Under the pieces are notes generated by a model. It searched no databases and was not told the DNA's origin. It saw only the letters and a list, made by a program, of their open reading frames with translations. Of a stretch of 64,000 nt of DNA, positions 9,286 to 21,619 are shown one piece after another. Source of the stretch: an uncultured delta proteobacterium. GTDB taxonomy: Bacteria; Myxococcota; Myxococcia; Myxococcales; Anaeromyxobacteraceae. The position numbers were made by a program, and so were the translations under genes. The number at the start of each line of letters is the position of its first letter. The first letter of the stretch is position 1. Location: contig CAWJSR010000020.1 of NCBI GenBank assembly GCA_963845515.1, positions 32,001 to 96,000 on the forward strand, in the 5' to 3' direction.

Positions 9286-9845
9286 CGGCCTGGAGGGAGA
9301 TCGCGCTCCTGGGCGGCTCGTTCAACCCGCCCCACGTCGGCCACGCGATGGCCGCCTGGTGGGTGCTCGCGACGCAGCCGGTCGACGAGGTCTGGCTCCT
9401 TCCGTCCTTCGTTCACCCGTTCGGCAAGCCGCTCGCACCGTGGGCGGATCGGATCAGGATGTGCGAGCTCGCGGTCGCCTCCATCCGGGGGGCGCGGGTC
9501 TGCACGGCGGAGGAGGAGCTGGAGAAGGATCCGCTCGTGGGCAAGACCGTCCGGACTCTCGAGCACCTGATCGCGAAGCACCCGGGTCACCGGTTCTCGC
9601 TCGTCCTCGGCACGGACATCATCCCGGAGACCGGCAAGTGGTACCGGTTCGACAGGGTCGAGGAGCTCGCGCGGGTCATCGTGGTCGGCAGGCAGGGGTT
9701 CGAGCCGGTGGCCGGCGCGCCCTCGATGCCCGCGGTGAGCTCCACGGCCATCCGCGAGCTGATCGCGAGGGGTGGCGACGTCAGCGGGCTCGTGCCGAGG
9801 CGCGTGGCGGAGCACATCGCGGAGCGCGGGCTCTACCGGGACTAG
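9282..9845 (+). CDS. nadD: Nicotinate-nucleotide adenylyltransferase
   Basis: GGSFNPPHVGH, VSSTAIR; ATGA overlap with the upstream gene. Confidence 0.9.
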   Translation: MTAWREIALLGGSFNPPHVGHAMAAWWVLATQPVDEVWLLPSFVHPFGKPLAPWADRIRMCELAVASIRGARVCTAEEELEKDPLVGKTVRTLEHLIAKHPGHRFSLVLGTDIIPETGKWYRFDRVEELARVIVVGRQGFEPVAGAPSMPAVSSTAIRELIARGGDVSGLVPRRVAEHIAERGLYRD

Positions 9846-9991
9846 GGATCAGGCCCGCGGCAAATCGCCGCGGTCGATGGACGTTTACCGTCGGCTTGCG
9901 GCAGAAGCACGCAGCCCGGTGCGAGCATGTCCGGTGTTATCCTCCCCGCGCTAGGGGGGCGGTCCGGGAGCCGGGCCGCGAAAGGTATCTG

Positions 9992-10840
9992 ATGCTGCGT
10001 AGGCTGTCCGCCGACACCGCGATGATCGTCGGTTGCGCGCTCTCCTGGGGTGTCGCGCTCGGAATCGTGCTCCTGCTCGACGGTGGCTTCGGGTTGCGCG
10101 CCTTCGCGTGGAGCGAGCCGGGACTGCTGCCGGCCGGCGCCTTCGCCTGCGGGCTCGTCGCTGGCTCCGGCGGCTTCCTCGGGCTCGCGCTGTCGCGGAT
10201 GCGCCCGACGCCGGTGGGTGTCGCCCTCCCTGCGCTCGCCGGTGCGTCCGTCCCGGTCTCCTTCTACTGGCTGCTCTGGTACTTCGGCCCGACCGGTGCC
10301 GCGACGGCGCCGAGCGAGACCGTCCCGCTGCTGCAGTATCTCGGCACCGCATTCACCGACCCCTCCTTCCACCCGAGCGCCGGGGCCGTCACGCTCCAGT
10401 TCCTCGGTGCGTTCCTGGGCGGCGCCGTGACGAGCGTCGTGGTCCTCTGGGTCGACGCGTGCCCCCGCTGCAGCGAGCTGATGTCCGAGGCCGGTCAGCT
10501 CGAGCGCTTCGTCGACGACGCAACCCAGCTCACGCGGATGAACGCCGCCGGGCTCGACGAGCCCGCCTACGTCTCGATGCTGGCCGCGCTCGAGAAGCGC
10601 CCGGGAGGGCTCATCCGCGTGACCGCCCTCCTGAAGATCTGCAAGCACTGCGGAATGGGGGAGATCGTGGAACGGCGGCAGCAGAAGACCGCCGGGCGCT
10701 GGGGCAGGCCGGTCGTCCGGCGCAAGTACGGGCCGAGAGCGCCCGCGCTGGTCCGCTGGTTCATGCCGGCGGTAAACACCGCCGCGCAGGCCGGGCAGGT
10801 CGGCGACGGGGCCGCCGCGAGGGTCAGCGGCAGGTCCTAG
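9992..10840 (+). CDS. Membrane protein (about 4 TM) with C-terminal CxxC...CxxC
   Basis: Hydrophobic segments, then CPRC and CKHC. Confidence 0.6.
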   Translation: MLRRLSADTAMIVGCALSWGVALGIVLLLDGGFGLRAFAWSEPGLLPAGAFACGLVAGSGGFLGLALSRMRPTPVGVALPALAGASVPVSFYWLLWYFGPTGAATAPSETVPLLQYLGTAFTDPSFHPSAGAVTLQFLGAFLGGAVTSVVVLWVDACPRCSELMSEAGQLERFVDDATQLTRMNAAGLDEPAYVSMLAALEKRPGGLIRVTALLKICKHCGMGEIVERRQQKTAGRWGRPVVRRKYGPRAPALVRWFMPAVNTAAQAGQVGDGAAARVSGRS

Positions 10841-13292
10841 CTTCGCTCGAACCGGAGCGCGCCGTCCCGGGCCTCGACGCTCACCTCGTCACCGGCGCTG
10901 AGCTCGCCCGCGAGGATCTTCTCGGCGAGCGGCCCCTCGACCAGCCGCTGGATCGCGCCCCGCATGGGACGCGCCCCTAGCGCCGGATCCCAGCCGCCGT
11001 TGTCGATGAGCAGCTCCACGACGCCGGGGCGGGGGGTGAAGCGGATGCGCCGCTCGGCGGCGAGCCGCTCGGCGGACTGCGCGAGCAGCTTCGCTGCCAC
11101 GCGGGCGACGTCGTCGCGCGTGAGCGCGGGGAAGACCAGCCGCTCGTCGAGCCGGTTCCAGAGCTCGGGCGGCACGGCGCTACGCGCCGCCTGGAGCGCG
11201 CGGTCCGCCCGGGGAGGATCGCGATCGGTGGAGCCGAAGCCCATCGAGCCGCTCGTCTTGCGCGTCGCCTCCTCGGCGCCCAGGTTCGACGTGAGGATGA
11301 CGACGGCGTTCGAGAAGTCGACCTGCCGGCCGCGCCCGTCGGTCAGCCGCCCCTCCTCGAGGACCTGGAGCAGGAGCATCTGGACGTCGCGGTGCGCCTT
11401 CTCGATCTCGTCGAGGACGACGACGCAGGAGGGCCGCCGCCGGATGGCGTCGGTGAGCTGCCCGCCCTCGCCATAGCCGACGTAGCCGGGGGCGGCGCCG
11501 ACCAGCTTCGCGACGCCCGTCGCCTCGACGCACTCGCTCATGTCGAGCTGGATCATGGCGTCGCGGGCGCCGAAGAGCGCCTCGGCCAGCGCGCGCGCGA
11601 GCTCGCTCTTGCCCACCCCGGTGGGGCCGAGGAAGAGGAAGGAGCCCATGGGGCGGCGCGTGGCGAAGCCGGCGAAGTTGCGCTTCACGACCCTGGCGAT
11701 CTTCGAGATCGTCTCGTCGTGCCCCACGATCCGCTCGCCGAGAGCCGCCTCGAGCCCCAGGATCCGCTCGCGGTCGGAGGCGAGCAGGCGGGACTCGGGG
11801 AGCCCGGCCATCTTCGCCACCACCTTCGCGATCTCCTGCTCGCCCACCTGGTCGCGCCGTTCGCGCCGGGCGCGCGAGCCGGCGAGGTCGAGGACCGCGA
11901 CGGCCTTGTCCGGAAGGAACCGATCGGTGATGAAGCGGGCGGAGAGTGACGCGGCGGCCTCCAGCGCCTCTGGCGCGTAGCGGACGGCGTGGTGCAGGGC
12001 GTAGTGGGGCGCCAGCCCCTTCAGGATCGTGACGGTGTCGGCGATCGACGGCTCGCGGACGAGGACCGGGGAGAAGCGGCGCTCGAGCGCAGGATCCTTC
12101 TCGATGTGCTGACGGTACTCGTCGTGCGTCGTGGCGCCGATGCAGGGGAACTCGCCCCTGGCGAGGGCGGCCTTCAGCTCGTTGGCCGCGTCCTGCGGCC
12201 CCTCGCCGGTGGAGCCGGCCCCCATGAGCGTGTGGATCTCGTCGATGAAGACGACGACCTTCCCCTTCGCCCTGCGGACCTCCTCCTTGATGCCGTTCAG
12301 CTTCTCCGAGAAGGAGCCGCGGAGCTGGGTCCCGGCGACGACGCTCGCCATGTCGATCTCGACGATGACCCGGTCGCGCCCGTGCGCGTCGGCGAGGAGC
12401 CGCTGGGCGATCCCCTCGACGATGGCCGTCTTGCCGACCCCCGGCTCGCCGACCAGGAGCGGGTTGTTGGTCCGTCGCTTCCCGAGGACGTCGATCGCCT
12501 CCTCGACCTCGCGCTCACGGCCGACGAGGGGGTCGAGCTTGTTGGCCGCGGCCAGCTCGGTCAGGTTCCTGCCGAGCGAGGAGAGCCAGGGGAAGTCCTT
12601 CGGATCCAGCGCGTGGGCCGAGCGGCGCGGTCTCGAGGGCTCCCGCTCGACCGCCCCGACGCCAGCGAAGCCCTCTCCCCCGCTGCCGCTGCCGCGGGCG
12701 CTGGGGGGCTGGGGCGTGGAGCGGTGGGGGGGTACTTAAAGGCTCCCGCGTCGAGGTCGCCTTCGGGCTCCGGGGGGGGAGTGAGCGCGGGGGGCGCGTC
12801 GGCCGATGGCTGTCGCGGGGCGGAGCGTGCCTGCGGGGGCAGCGCAGGCCCGACGCGGACCGGCTGGACCTCGCGGAGCCGGCGCGGCATGCGCGACGTG
12901 AAGAAGGAGAGGGCGACGTTGCCGAGCGTGGCCGGCGAGAGCTTGCAGCCGGTGAGGAGCTGGTGCGCCGCGCTCGCCCGGACCCTGCTCATGGCTATGA
13001 GCAGGTGGAGGCAGTCGATCTCCTCGGCGCCCGTGCCGGAGGCGATCTCCCTCGCCCGCTCGCGAAGCTCGCGCTCGAGCCCCTCGCGCTCCTTGGGCGT
13101 TCCGCTCATGGCCGCGAGGATCCGGTCCTCGTCGACGCCCCTCTCCTTGAGCAGGATCTCGGCGCGGTTGGGCACCGTGAAGAAGGCGAGGAGCTGGTGA
13201 GCGCTGGTCAGCTTCTGGTTGACGCTGCGCGCGATGTCCTCGGCCTCGGCGAGGACCTGCGCCAGCTCCATCGAGGGGATGGCGAGCGGCAT
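10837..13292 (-). CDS. ClpA/ClpC-family AAA+ chaperone (Clp-N, Pro-rich linker, two AAA domains); frameshift at about 12620-12735
   Basis: Clp-N helices in ORF 12561..13322; GEPGVGKT, FIDEIH, GPTGVGKS, LDEIEKAH, GARP in the downstream frame. Confidence 0.9.
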
Positions 13293-13301
13293 GGTTCGAG
13301 G

Positions 13302-13330
13302 AAGATGCGATATCACCCGCAAGCGGTCAA
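13302..13330 (-). promoter_or_regulatory. Putative sigma70 promoter TTGACC-N17-CATCTT for the clp gene
   Basis: Minus strand reads ttgacc gcttgcgggtgatatcg catctt, 9 nt before the ATG. Confidence 0.45.
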
Positions 13331-13448
13331 TTTTTCAGTCGCTTTTCTCGGATCGTGCGGGGTGGATCCCCGTTCGAGGTCCGTGCCCGCCCGGGCCCAT
13401 GCTGATAGACACGTGGAGGAAGCGGGTGCGGAGGTTGCCAAGGTGCCG

Positions 13449-14420
13449 ATGAAGCGGGTGGCAGTGCTGACGAGCGGCGGCGACGCGCCGGGGATGAACG
13501 CTGCCATCCGCGCAGTGGTGCGCACCGGCCTCGACAAGGGCTGGGACATGGTCGGCGTGCGCCGCGGCTACGCCGGCCTCCTCGACGCAGACATCAAGCC
13601 GTTCGGTGCCCGCGACGTGGGCGGGATCCTCGGGCGCGGCGGGACGATCCTCGGCAGCGCCCGCTGCCCCGAGTTCGAGGACGAGGCGCACCGGCGAAGG
13701 GCCATCGCCAACCTCGAGACGCTGGGCATCGGGGCGATGGTCGTCATCGGCGGGAACGGGTCGCAGGCTGGTGCGCACGCGATCCACCAGATGGGCTTCC
13801 CGGTGGTCGGCGTCGCGTCGACCATCGACAACGACCTGGCCTGGACCGAGATGACCATCGGCGTCGACACGGCGCTCGACATCGCGCTCGAGTCGATCGA
13901 CCGGCTGCGCACGACCGCCTCCTCCCACCGGCGCGCCTTCCTCGTGGAGGTGATGGGGCGCGACTGCGGCTACCTGGCCCTGATGGCCGGGATCGCCGGC
14001 GGCGCAGAGGCGATCGTCATCCCGGAGCGGGAGCTGACCCATGACGAGATCGCCCACGCGATCCGCGCCGCCCACCTTCGCGGCAAGACGCACGGGCTCG
14101 TGGTCGTGGCGGAGGGGGCGCAGAACAGCGCGCTCCACCTCTACGAGCACTTCCAGCGCCACAAGGACGAGGTGGGCTTCGACGTCCGGATGACCACGCT
14201 CGGCCACGTCCAGCGAGGCGGCGCACCGGGCGCCTTCGACCGGCTCCTGGCCACCCGCTTCGGCGCCGCCGCGACCGACGCGCTGGAGCGGGGCGAGCGC
14301 GGCGTGATGGTGGGGATCAGCAAGGGCGAGATCGGGACGGCGCCGCTCGGCGAGATCGTCGGGCGGCAGAAGCCGCTCGACCTGTCGCTGCTCGACCTGG
14401 CGAAGGTGCTCGCGAAGTAG
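13449..14420 (+). CDS. pfkA: ATP-dependent 6-phosphofructokinase
   Basis: TSGGDAPGMN, GGTILGSAR, TIDND, EVMGR, LGHVQRGG. Confidence 0.95.
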   Translation: MKRVAVLTSGGDAPGMNAAIRAVVRTGLDKGWDMVGVRRGYAGLLDADIKPFGARDVGGILGRGGTILGSARCPEFEDEAHRRRAIANLETLGIGAMVVIGGNGSQAGAHAIHQMGFPVVGVASTIDNDLAWTEMTIGVDTALDIALESIDRLRTTASSHRRAFLVEVMGRDCGYLALMAGIAGGAEAIVIPERELTHDEIAHAIRAAHLRGKTHGLVVVAEGAQNSALHLYEHFQRHKDEVGFDVRMTTLGHVQRGGAPGAFDRLLATRFGAAATDALERGERGVMVGISKGEIGTAPLGEIVGRQKPLDLSLLDLAKVLAK

Positions 14421-14439
14421 TGGCTCGACCCATTCGTAT

Positions 14440-15556
14440 CGATCCTTCCGGGCCGCGTCAGCGCGCGTCCCGCACGCCACCGGCCGGCACCGCCCGCGCC
14501 CGAGCGCCTCGCAGCAGTGGAGCGACCGTCCGCGCGCGTCGACCAGGCGGAAGGCCCAGCCGCCGTCCCAGACCTCGAGCACGCCGAAGCCGGCGGCGGC
14601 GCTGGCGAAGCGCAGCCTCGCGCCGGAAGGCCAGCTCGCGGAGAAGTCTCGGCGGCGGCCGCGCGAGCTGGAGCCGGCGATGAGCACGTCGACCTCGTCG
14701 AGCGCGAGGTGCTCCAGCGCGTGCGCGTGGCCCGCCAGCACGCCCGCGAGCCGCCCATCTCCCGCCGCCACGATCTCGCGCATGCGGACGAGCCAGGGCT
14801 CGGGCCGCCGCCGCGAGCGGTCGCTCCACCGCCATGGCCGGCGGGTGGTGGGCCACGAGGAAGCAGCGCAGCGCGTCGCACGCGGGCGCTCGCCTCCTGC
14901 ACGAAGCGCAGCTCCTCGGCGAGCGTGAAGCCGGCGTAGTCGGCGTCGGCGACGTTGGAGTCGACGACGATGAAGCGGACCGGCCCCTCGTCGAGCACGT
15001 AGTGGCGACCCGGCATGCGCCACCAGGGGGAGCGGCGCGCGACCGAGAGGCAGGCGCGCCTGCGCATCCACTCGTCGCGGGCCATGCGCCGCACGGTGCA
15101 GAACCAGGGCCCGCCGACGTCGTGGTTGCCGAGCGCGAGGTAGATGGGGACTGGCCCGCCGCCCCGGCCGAGGAGCCCTCGCAGGGCACCTTCGTTCCGC
15201 TCGAAGAGCGGGTCGACGGGAGCCGCGAAGCCAGGCGCCACGGCGGCCCCGTCGTCCGCGAAGCGGCAGCCCTCGGCGCCCCGGAGGAGCGGGTTCGGCC
15301 CGCAGTTGTAGACGTTGTCGCCGGGCTGCAGGACGAGATCGAAGGGGCGCCGCTCGTGCCAGCGAAGGAGTGCGCTGGCGACGCGCCGCTGGCGCCAGCC
15401 GGGGTCGCCGAAGTCACCGACCACGGCGACCCGGATCACCGGAGCCTGCCTCCGGGCCGGCTCGGGCAGCGCTCCGGGCTCGCGATAGGAGGGCATGGGG
15501 CCGGCACACGCACCCACCGCGATGGCCAGCACCCCGATGAGGGTTCGGCTCCGCAT
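14440..15556 (-). CDS. Lipoprotein metallophosphoesterase (purple-acid-phosphatase-like); at least 2 frameshifts, 3' end approximate
   Basis: Lipobox VGAC; GDFG, PGDNVY, GNHD in one frame, HHP in a second, GHAH in a third. Confidence 0.75.
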
Positions 15557-15599
15557 GAAGCCCATTCTCTCGCGCGCGCTGCCGGCGCGCGAGCCCCGC

Positions 15600-16681
15600 T
15601 CAGTCGAGCCCCCGCTCCCAGAGCTGCTCCTCGTCGAGCCCCAGGAAGTGGCCGACCTCGTGGACCAGGGTGACGCCGATCTCCTGGACCAGCTCCTCGC
15701 GCGAGCGGGCTGCGCGCTCCAGGTTGCGCTGGTACAGGACGATGCTCGACGGGAAGTGGCTCCACGGGTCCATCGAGCCCTGCTGGCCCAGCGCCGAGCC
15801 GCGGAACATCCCGAGGCTCTGTGGCGAGAGGGGCGGCGAGGTCGGCGAGGAGGTCATGGTCGGCCGGGATCTCCTCCACCGTGATGGCCACGTTCCCGAG
15901 GTACCGCCGGATCTGCTCCGGCAGCGCGGCGAGCGCGTCCTCCAGCACCTCGTCGAACTCCGCCGAAGCCAGCGTGACTGGCGGCGGGAACGCCTCGGGG
16001 TCGAGCTTGCGCGCCCTGGCGAAGCGCCGCTCCGCCTCCTCGAGGTCTCCGGACCGCTCCGCCGCCAGCCCGATCGCGTTCTGCACCCACGCGTCGCGGG
16101 GTGCCAGCCGCTCGGCGGCGCGGAGCTGTCGCTGGGCCTCTTCGAGCCTGAGCAGCTCGAAGAGGACGATGCCCCGCTCGCGCATCACGTCGGCGGAGCG
16201 GGGGAGGGCGAGCAGCGCCTCGTCCAGCCTCAGGAGCGCCTCGTCCGCGCGCCCAAGCTGGGCCAGGGCGATCCCCGCCAGGAGGGAGAAGTCGCCCGCA
16301 CAGCTCCAGGTCGTCCTGCTTCCTGGCCAGCCGCTGGCCGCGAAGTGACAGGTCGAGCCCTCGCCCCAGCCACTCGATGTCGCGGTCGGCAGCCTGGGCC
16401 CGGTCCACGTAGAGCTCGGCGGCGCCGAAGAGGAGGTCGAGATCGTCGGGGTCGAGGCCGAGTGCGCGCTCATAGACCTCCGCGGCCTCGTCCAGCGCCT
16501 CCAGCTCGACCAGCGCGGCCGCCCGGTAGTGGAGCGCCGGCGCCGAGCGGGGCGCACGGGCGATGGCGGCGTCCGCGGCGCGGAGCGCTCCGGGCACGTC
16601 GCCACGCTCGAAGCAGGTCGCCGCCTCCTCGAGGAGGGCGTCCAGCGCAGGATCCGTGACGGTCTTCGCTCTCTTTCCCAT
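15600..16681 (-). CDS. TPR plus zincin-like metallopeptidase; 2 frameshifts (about 16295 and 15843)
   Basis: TPR helices, then ALAALPEQIRRYLGNVAITVEE, IVLYQRNLE and TLVHEVGHFLGLDEE (HExxH). Confidence 0.85.
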
Positions 16682-16692
16682 CCCGTTCACGC

Positions 16693-18451
<1,759 letters not shown>

Positions 18452-18459
18452 CCACCGGT

Positions 18460-18484
18460 GGCCCCCGCGTACCGGGCGGGGGCC
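18460..18484 (+). terminator. GC hairpin after groEL (possible terminator)
   Basis: GGCCCCCGC...GCGGGGGCC; weak U-tract. Confidence 0.35.
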
Positions 18485-18533
18485 GTTCATGCCCCGTGAC
18501 GCGCGGGTGACGTCGATGCGCTATCTGTCGTCC

Positions 18534-19187
18534 ATGGCCACCGGGATCGTCACCACCAGGGAGAAGCCGCTGCTGCGAGGCGTGTTCCACGAGATCGCCG
18601 CGGCCTTCGCGTTCGCCGGAGGCGTGGCGCTCACGCAGATGGCGAGCGGGACGCGCGGCACCGTGGCCGCCGCCATCTACGGCGTCTCGCTCACCGCGCT
18701 CTTCGGGATCTCGGCGCTCTACCACCGGCCGCGGTGGGGGCCGCGCCTCTACGGCATCATGCGGCGGCTCGACCACTCGGCGATCTTCATCCTCATCGCG
18801 GGGACCTACACGCCCATCGCCCTGATGGTGCCGTCACGGATAGGCCTCGTCCTGCTCGCGGTGGTCTGGGCCGGGGCGCTCGCCGGCGTGGCCTTCTCGA
18901 TCGCCTGGCCACGTGCGCCGAAGTGGCTCACGGCCTCCCTCTACGTGGCGCTCGGCTGGGCGATCGTGCCAGCCCTGCCGGAGCTGGCCCGTGCGATGGG
19001 TCCGGTCGGCCTCACGCTCCTGACCGGCGGCGGAGTCGTATACTCGATCGGCGCGCTCATCTACGCGCTGCGCCGCCCCGATCCCTTCCCCACGGTCTTC
19101 GGCTACCACGAGGTGTTCCACCTGCTGGTGATCGTCGCGGCGACCTTCCACTACGCCGCGGTGGTCAGCGTGGTCGGCGTCCTCTAG
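18534..19187 (+). CDS. Hemolysin III / PAQR family membrane protein
   Basis: SALYH, RRLDHSAIFILIAGTYTP, HEVFH. Confidence 0.9.
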   Translation: MATGIVTTREKPLLRGVFHEIAAAFAFAGGVALTQMASGTRGTVAAAIYGVSLTALFGISALYHRPRWGPRLYGIMRRLDHSAIFILIAGTYTPIALMVPSRIGLVLLAVVWAGALAGVAFSIAWPRAPKWLTASLYVALGWAIVPALPELARAMGPVGLTLLTGGGVVYSIGALIYALRRPDPFPTVFGYHEVFHLLVIVAATFHYAAVVSVVGVL

Positions 19188-19365
19188 TGCCGCGACCCAG
19201 GCGTGGTGATGTGACGAGAGCGTCGAGACCGAAGCGAGGCGGGCGCCCGAGGAGGGAGCAGCGGAGGCGTAGCAGCGCTACGTCTAGCAGCGCACCGACG
19301 AGGCCGCCCGCCGCAGCGAGGGATCGGCGCTCGCAGTAGTCACTATGCCTGGGTCGCGGCACTAG
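19184..19365. mobile_element. 182-bp MITE-like palindromic element with 26-bp terminal inverted repeats bounded by CTAG
   Basis: CTAGTGCCGCGACCCAGGCGTGGTGA ... TCACTATGCCTGGGTCGCGGCACTAG (24/26 match); internal imperfect palindrome; no ORF. Confidence 0.75.
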
Positions 19366-20728
19366 GCCACGCCTCTCTCGCCGGGCGGCACCGGCGGCAG
19401 ATCCTTCGACGCGATGTTCACGACGTTCCGCGTCGTCCGTTTGCCGCGGTACATCGCGCGGTCCGCCATGTCGACCAGCTCCTCCCTGCTCGACGCATGC
19501 TCCGGGTAGCAGGCCAGCCCGACCGACGCGGTCACGCGGACGCGCCCACCCTCGCGCGAGAGGAAGCGGTGGTCCTCGATCGCCCGCCGGATCCGCTCGG
19601 CCACCTTGAGGCCGCCGCCTGCGTCGAGCCCGACGAGCACCACCACGTACTCGTCGCCGCCGAAGCGGGCGATGACGTCCTCGTCGCGGACGCAGGAGCG
19701 GAGCACGCGCCCCACCTCGACCAGCAGCTGCGAGCCGGAGAGGTGGCCGTGCTCGTCGTTCACCAGCTTGAAGTGGTCGAGGTCGAGGAAGAGGACCGAG
19801 AAGGGCTTTCCGCCGCCGATCTCGCGGTCGAGCGCCAGGTCGAGGTAGCGCGTGTTGAAGAGGCGCGTCAGGTCGTCGATGTAGGCGAGGTCGCGCGCCT
19901 CCTCCAGCCTGCCCAGGTTGTGGAGCGCGAGCCCCGCGTAGCGCGCCACGAGCAGCGCGCGCGCAAGCCGCTCGGGCGGTGGGTCGGCCTCGACCGGCAG
20001 GATGGCCGCGCCGAGCACCTCCTCCTCTGCGATCGGGATCACCAGCGCCTGCGGCGCGGCCGACCCCTCGGGGAGCGGCAGGTGCTGCACCGAGGTCGTG
20101 TCGAGTCCATCGAGCAAGTCCGGCGGGCGACGTCGACGAGCGCCTTCGCGGCGTCGATCGAGAGCTCGTGCGTCCCGGAGAAGGCCCAGCCACCGCCGGC
20201 GGTACGCTCGGCCAGCGCCGCCCCGCGCGCGCCGCACTGGGCCGACATCGCCTCCAGGGCGAGCGGCACCAGCTTCGCGCGGTCGAGCGTCGAGGCGATC
20301 CGCTGGCAGGACTCGAAGAGCTGGATGTGGGCCCTCAGCGAGAGGTTCTCCGCCAGCAGCTCGCGCGTGGCCAGGCAGCGCTGGACGGCCACCTGAAGCG
20401 CCTCGGGGGTGACGGGCTTCACGAGGTAGTCGGTCGCGCCGGACCTGATCGCGCGCACGGCCGGCGCCACCTCGTCGAGCGCGGTGATGACGACCACCCC
20501 GATGTTGGGGTCGAGCTGCTTCGCCGCGTCCAGCAGCTCCAGCCCGTCCTTCGATCCCGGGAGGATGACGTCCGTGACCAGGGCGTCGAAGCGGCGATAC
20601 GCGAGCAGGACCAGCGCGGCCTCGGAGGAGTCCGCGACCTCGACGTCGTGCCCCGCCGCCCTCAGATAGTCCGAGTAGAGGGTGCGAGCGAAGCGCTCGT
20701 CGTCGACCAGTAGTACCGACGGTGCCAT
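19362..20728 (-). CDS. Response regulator / diguanylate cyclase (REC, GAF-like, GGDEF); frameshift near 20120
   Basis: LLVDDE...VTDVILP...YLVKP; DLDHFKLVNDEHGH; RDED I-site; GGDEY. Confidence 0.9.
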
Positions 20729-20753
20729 CGCGTTCTGTGTATATCATCTCCGG

Positions 20754-21534
20754 GTGACCTCCCTCGCCGCAGAGCGCAAGGCGCTCCTCTTCAGCGTGGG
20801 CGGCGTCCGGCTGGCGCTCCGGCTCGCGCAGGTGCGCGAGATCCTGGAGGTCGGCCCGGGGGGAGGGGACGTGGTCGCCCGGGGTGAGTCCTACCCGGTC
20901 GCCTTCGTCTCCACCGTGCTCGGCCTCCCCGGCGGCGACGCGCCCGTTCGCGCTCCTGACGGAGTCGAGCCCCCGGGCGGCGCTGCGCGTCGATCGCGTC
21001 CACGGGATCATCGATCTCGTCGACGCGGAGGTCTTCCAGATCCCAGCGCGCACCCGCCTGCCCCAGCCAGCCCCTTTCGCCGGGGCGATCGTCGCGAGGG
21101 GCGAGCTGTCGCTGGAGCTTGCCGCCTCGGCCATCGGATGGGAGCCGCTCCCACCCGCGGTCGACGTTGGCGAGCCGCTGGCGGACGCCGGCGCGACCGG
21201 TGAGCGGGAGCTGGTCTTCCAGCGAGGCGGGTGCTCCTACGGCGTCCCGATGTCCTACCTCGTCAAGATCCTCGAGCGGCCGCGCATCTCCCCGGTTCCA
21301 CTCACCGCGCCGTCGCACATCGGGCTGCTCTATCAGGGGCGCACGCTCCACCCGGTCGTCGACGTCGCCGTCCTCCACGGCGACGGTGCGAACTTGGAGG
21401 TCGCGAGGACGGTGATCCTGGACGCCGGCGGCTCGGAGGTTGCGCTCGCCGCCGACAGCATCGAGCGGGTCGGGACGATTCCCGCCGACGACGCGGTGCT
21501 CCGGCCCGTCTGGGACGCCCTCCTCGGCGGTTGA
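20754..21534 (+). CDS. Tandem CheW-like protein; frameshift near 20944
   Basis: ALLFSVGGVRLALRLAQVREIL, LRVDRVHGI, GLLYQGRTLHPVVD. Confidence 0.75.
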
Positions 21535-21619
21535 GCCGGTTCGCGCCGACCCGCCCGCCCATGTGGCGGAAGCGCTCGCAATTCTTGACATTCGTGCCCC
21601 TGCGGTGTTTGAACCAAGA

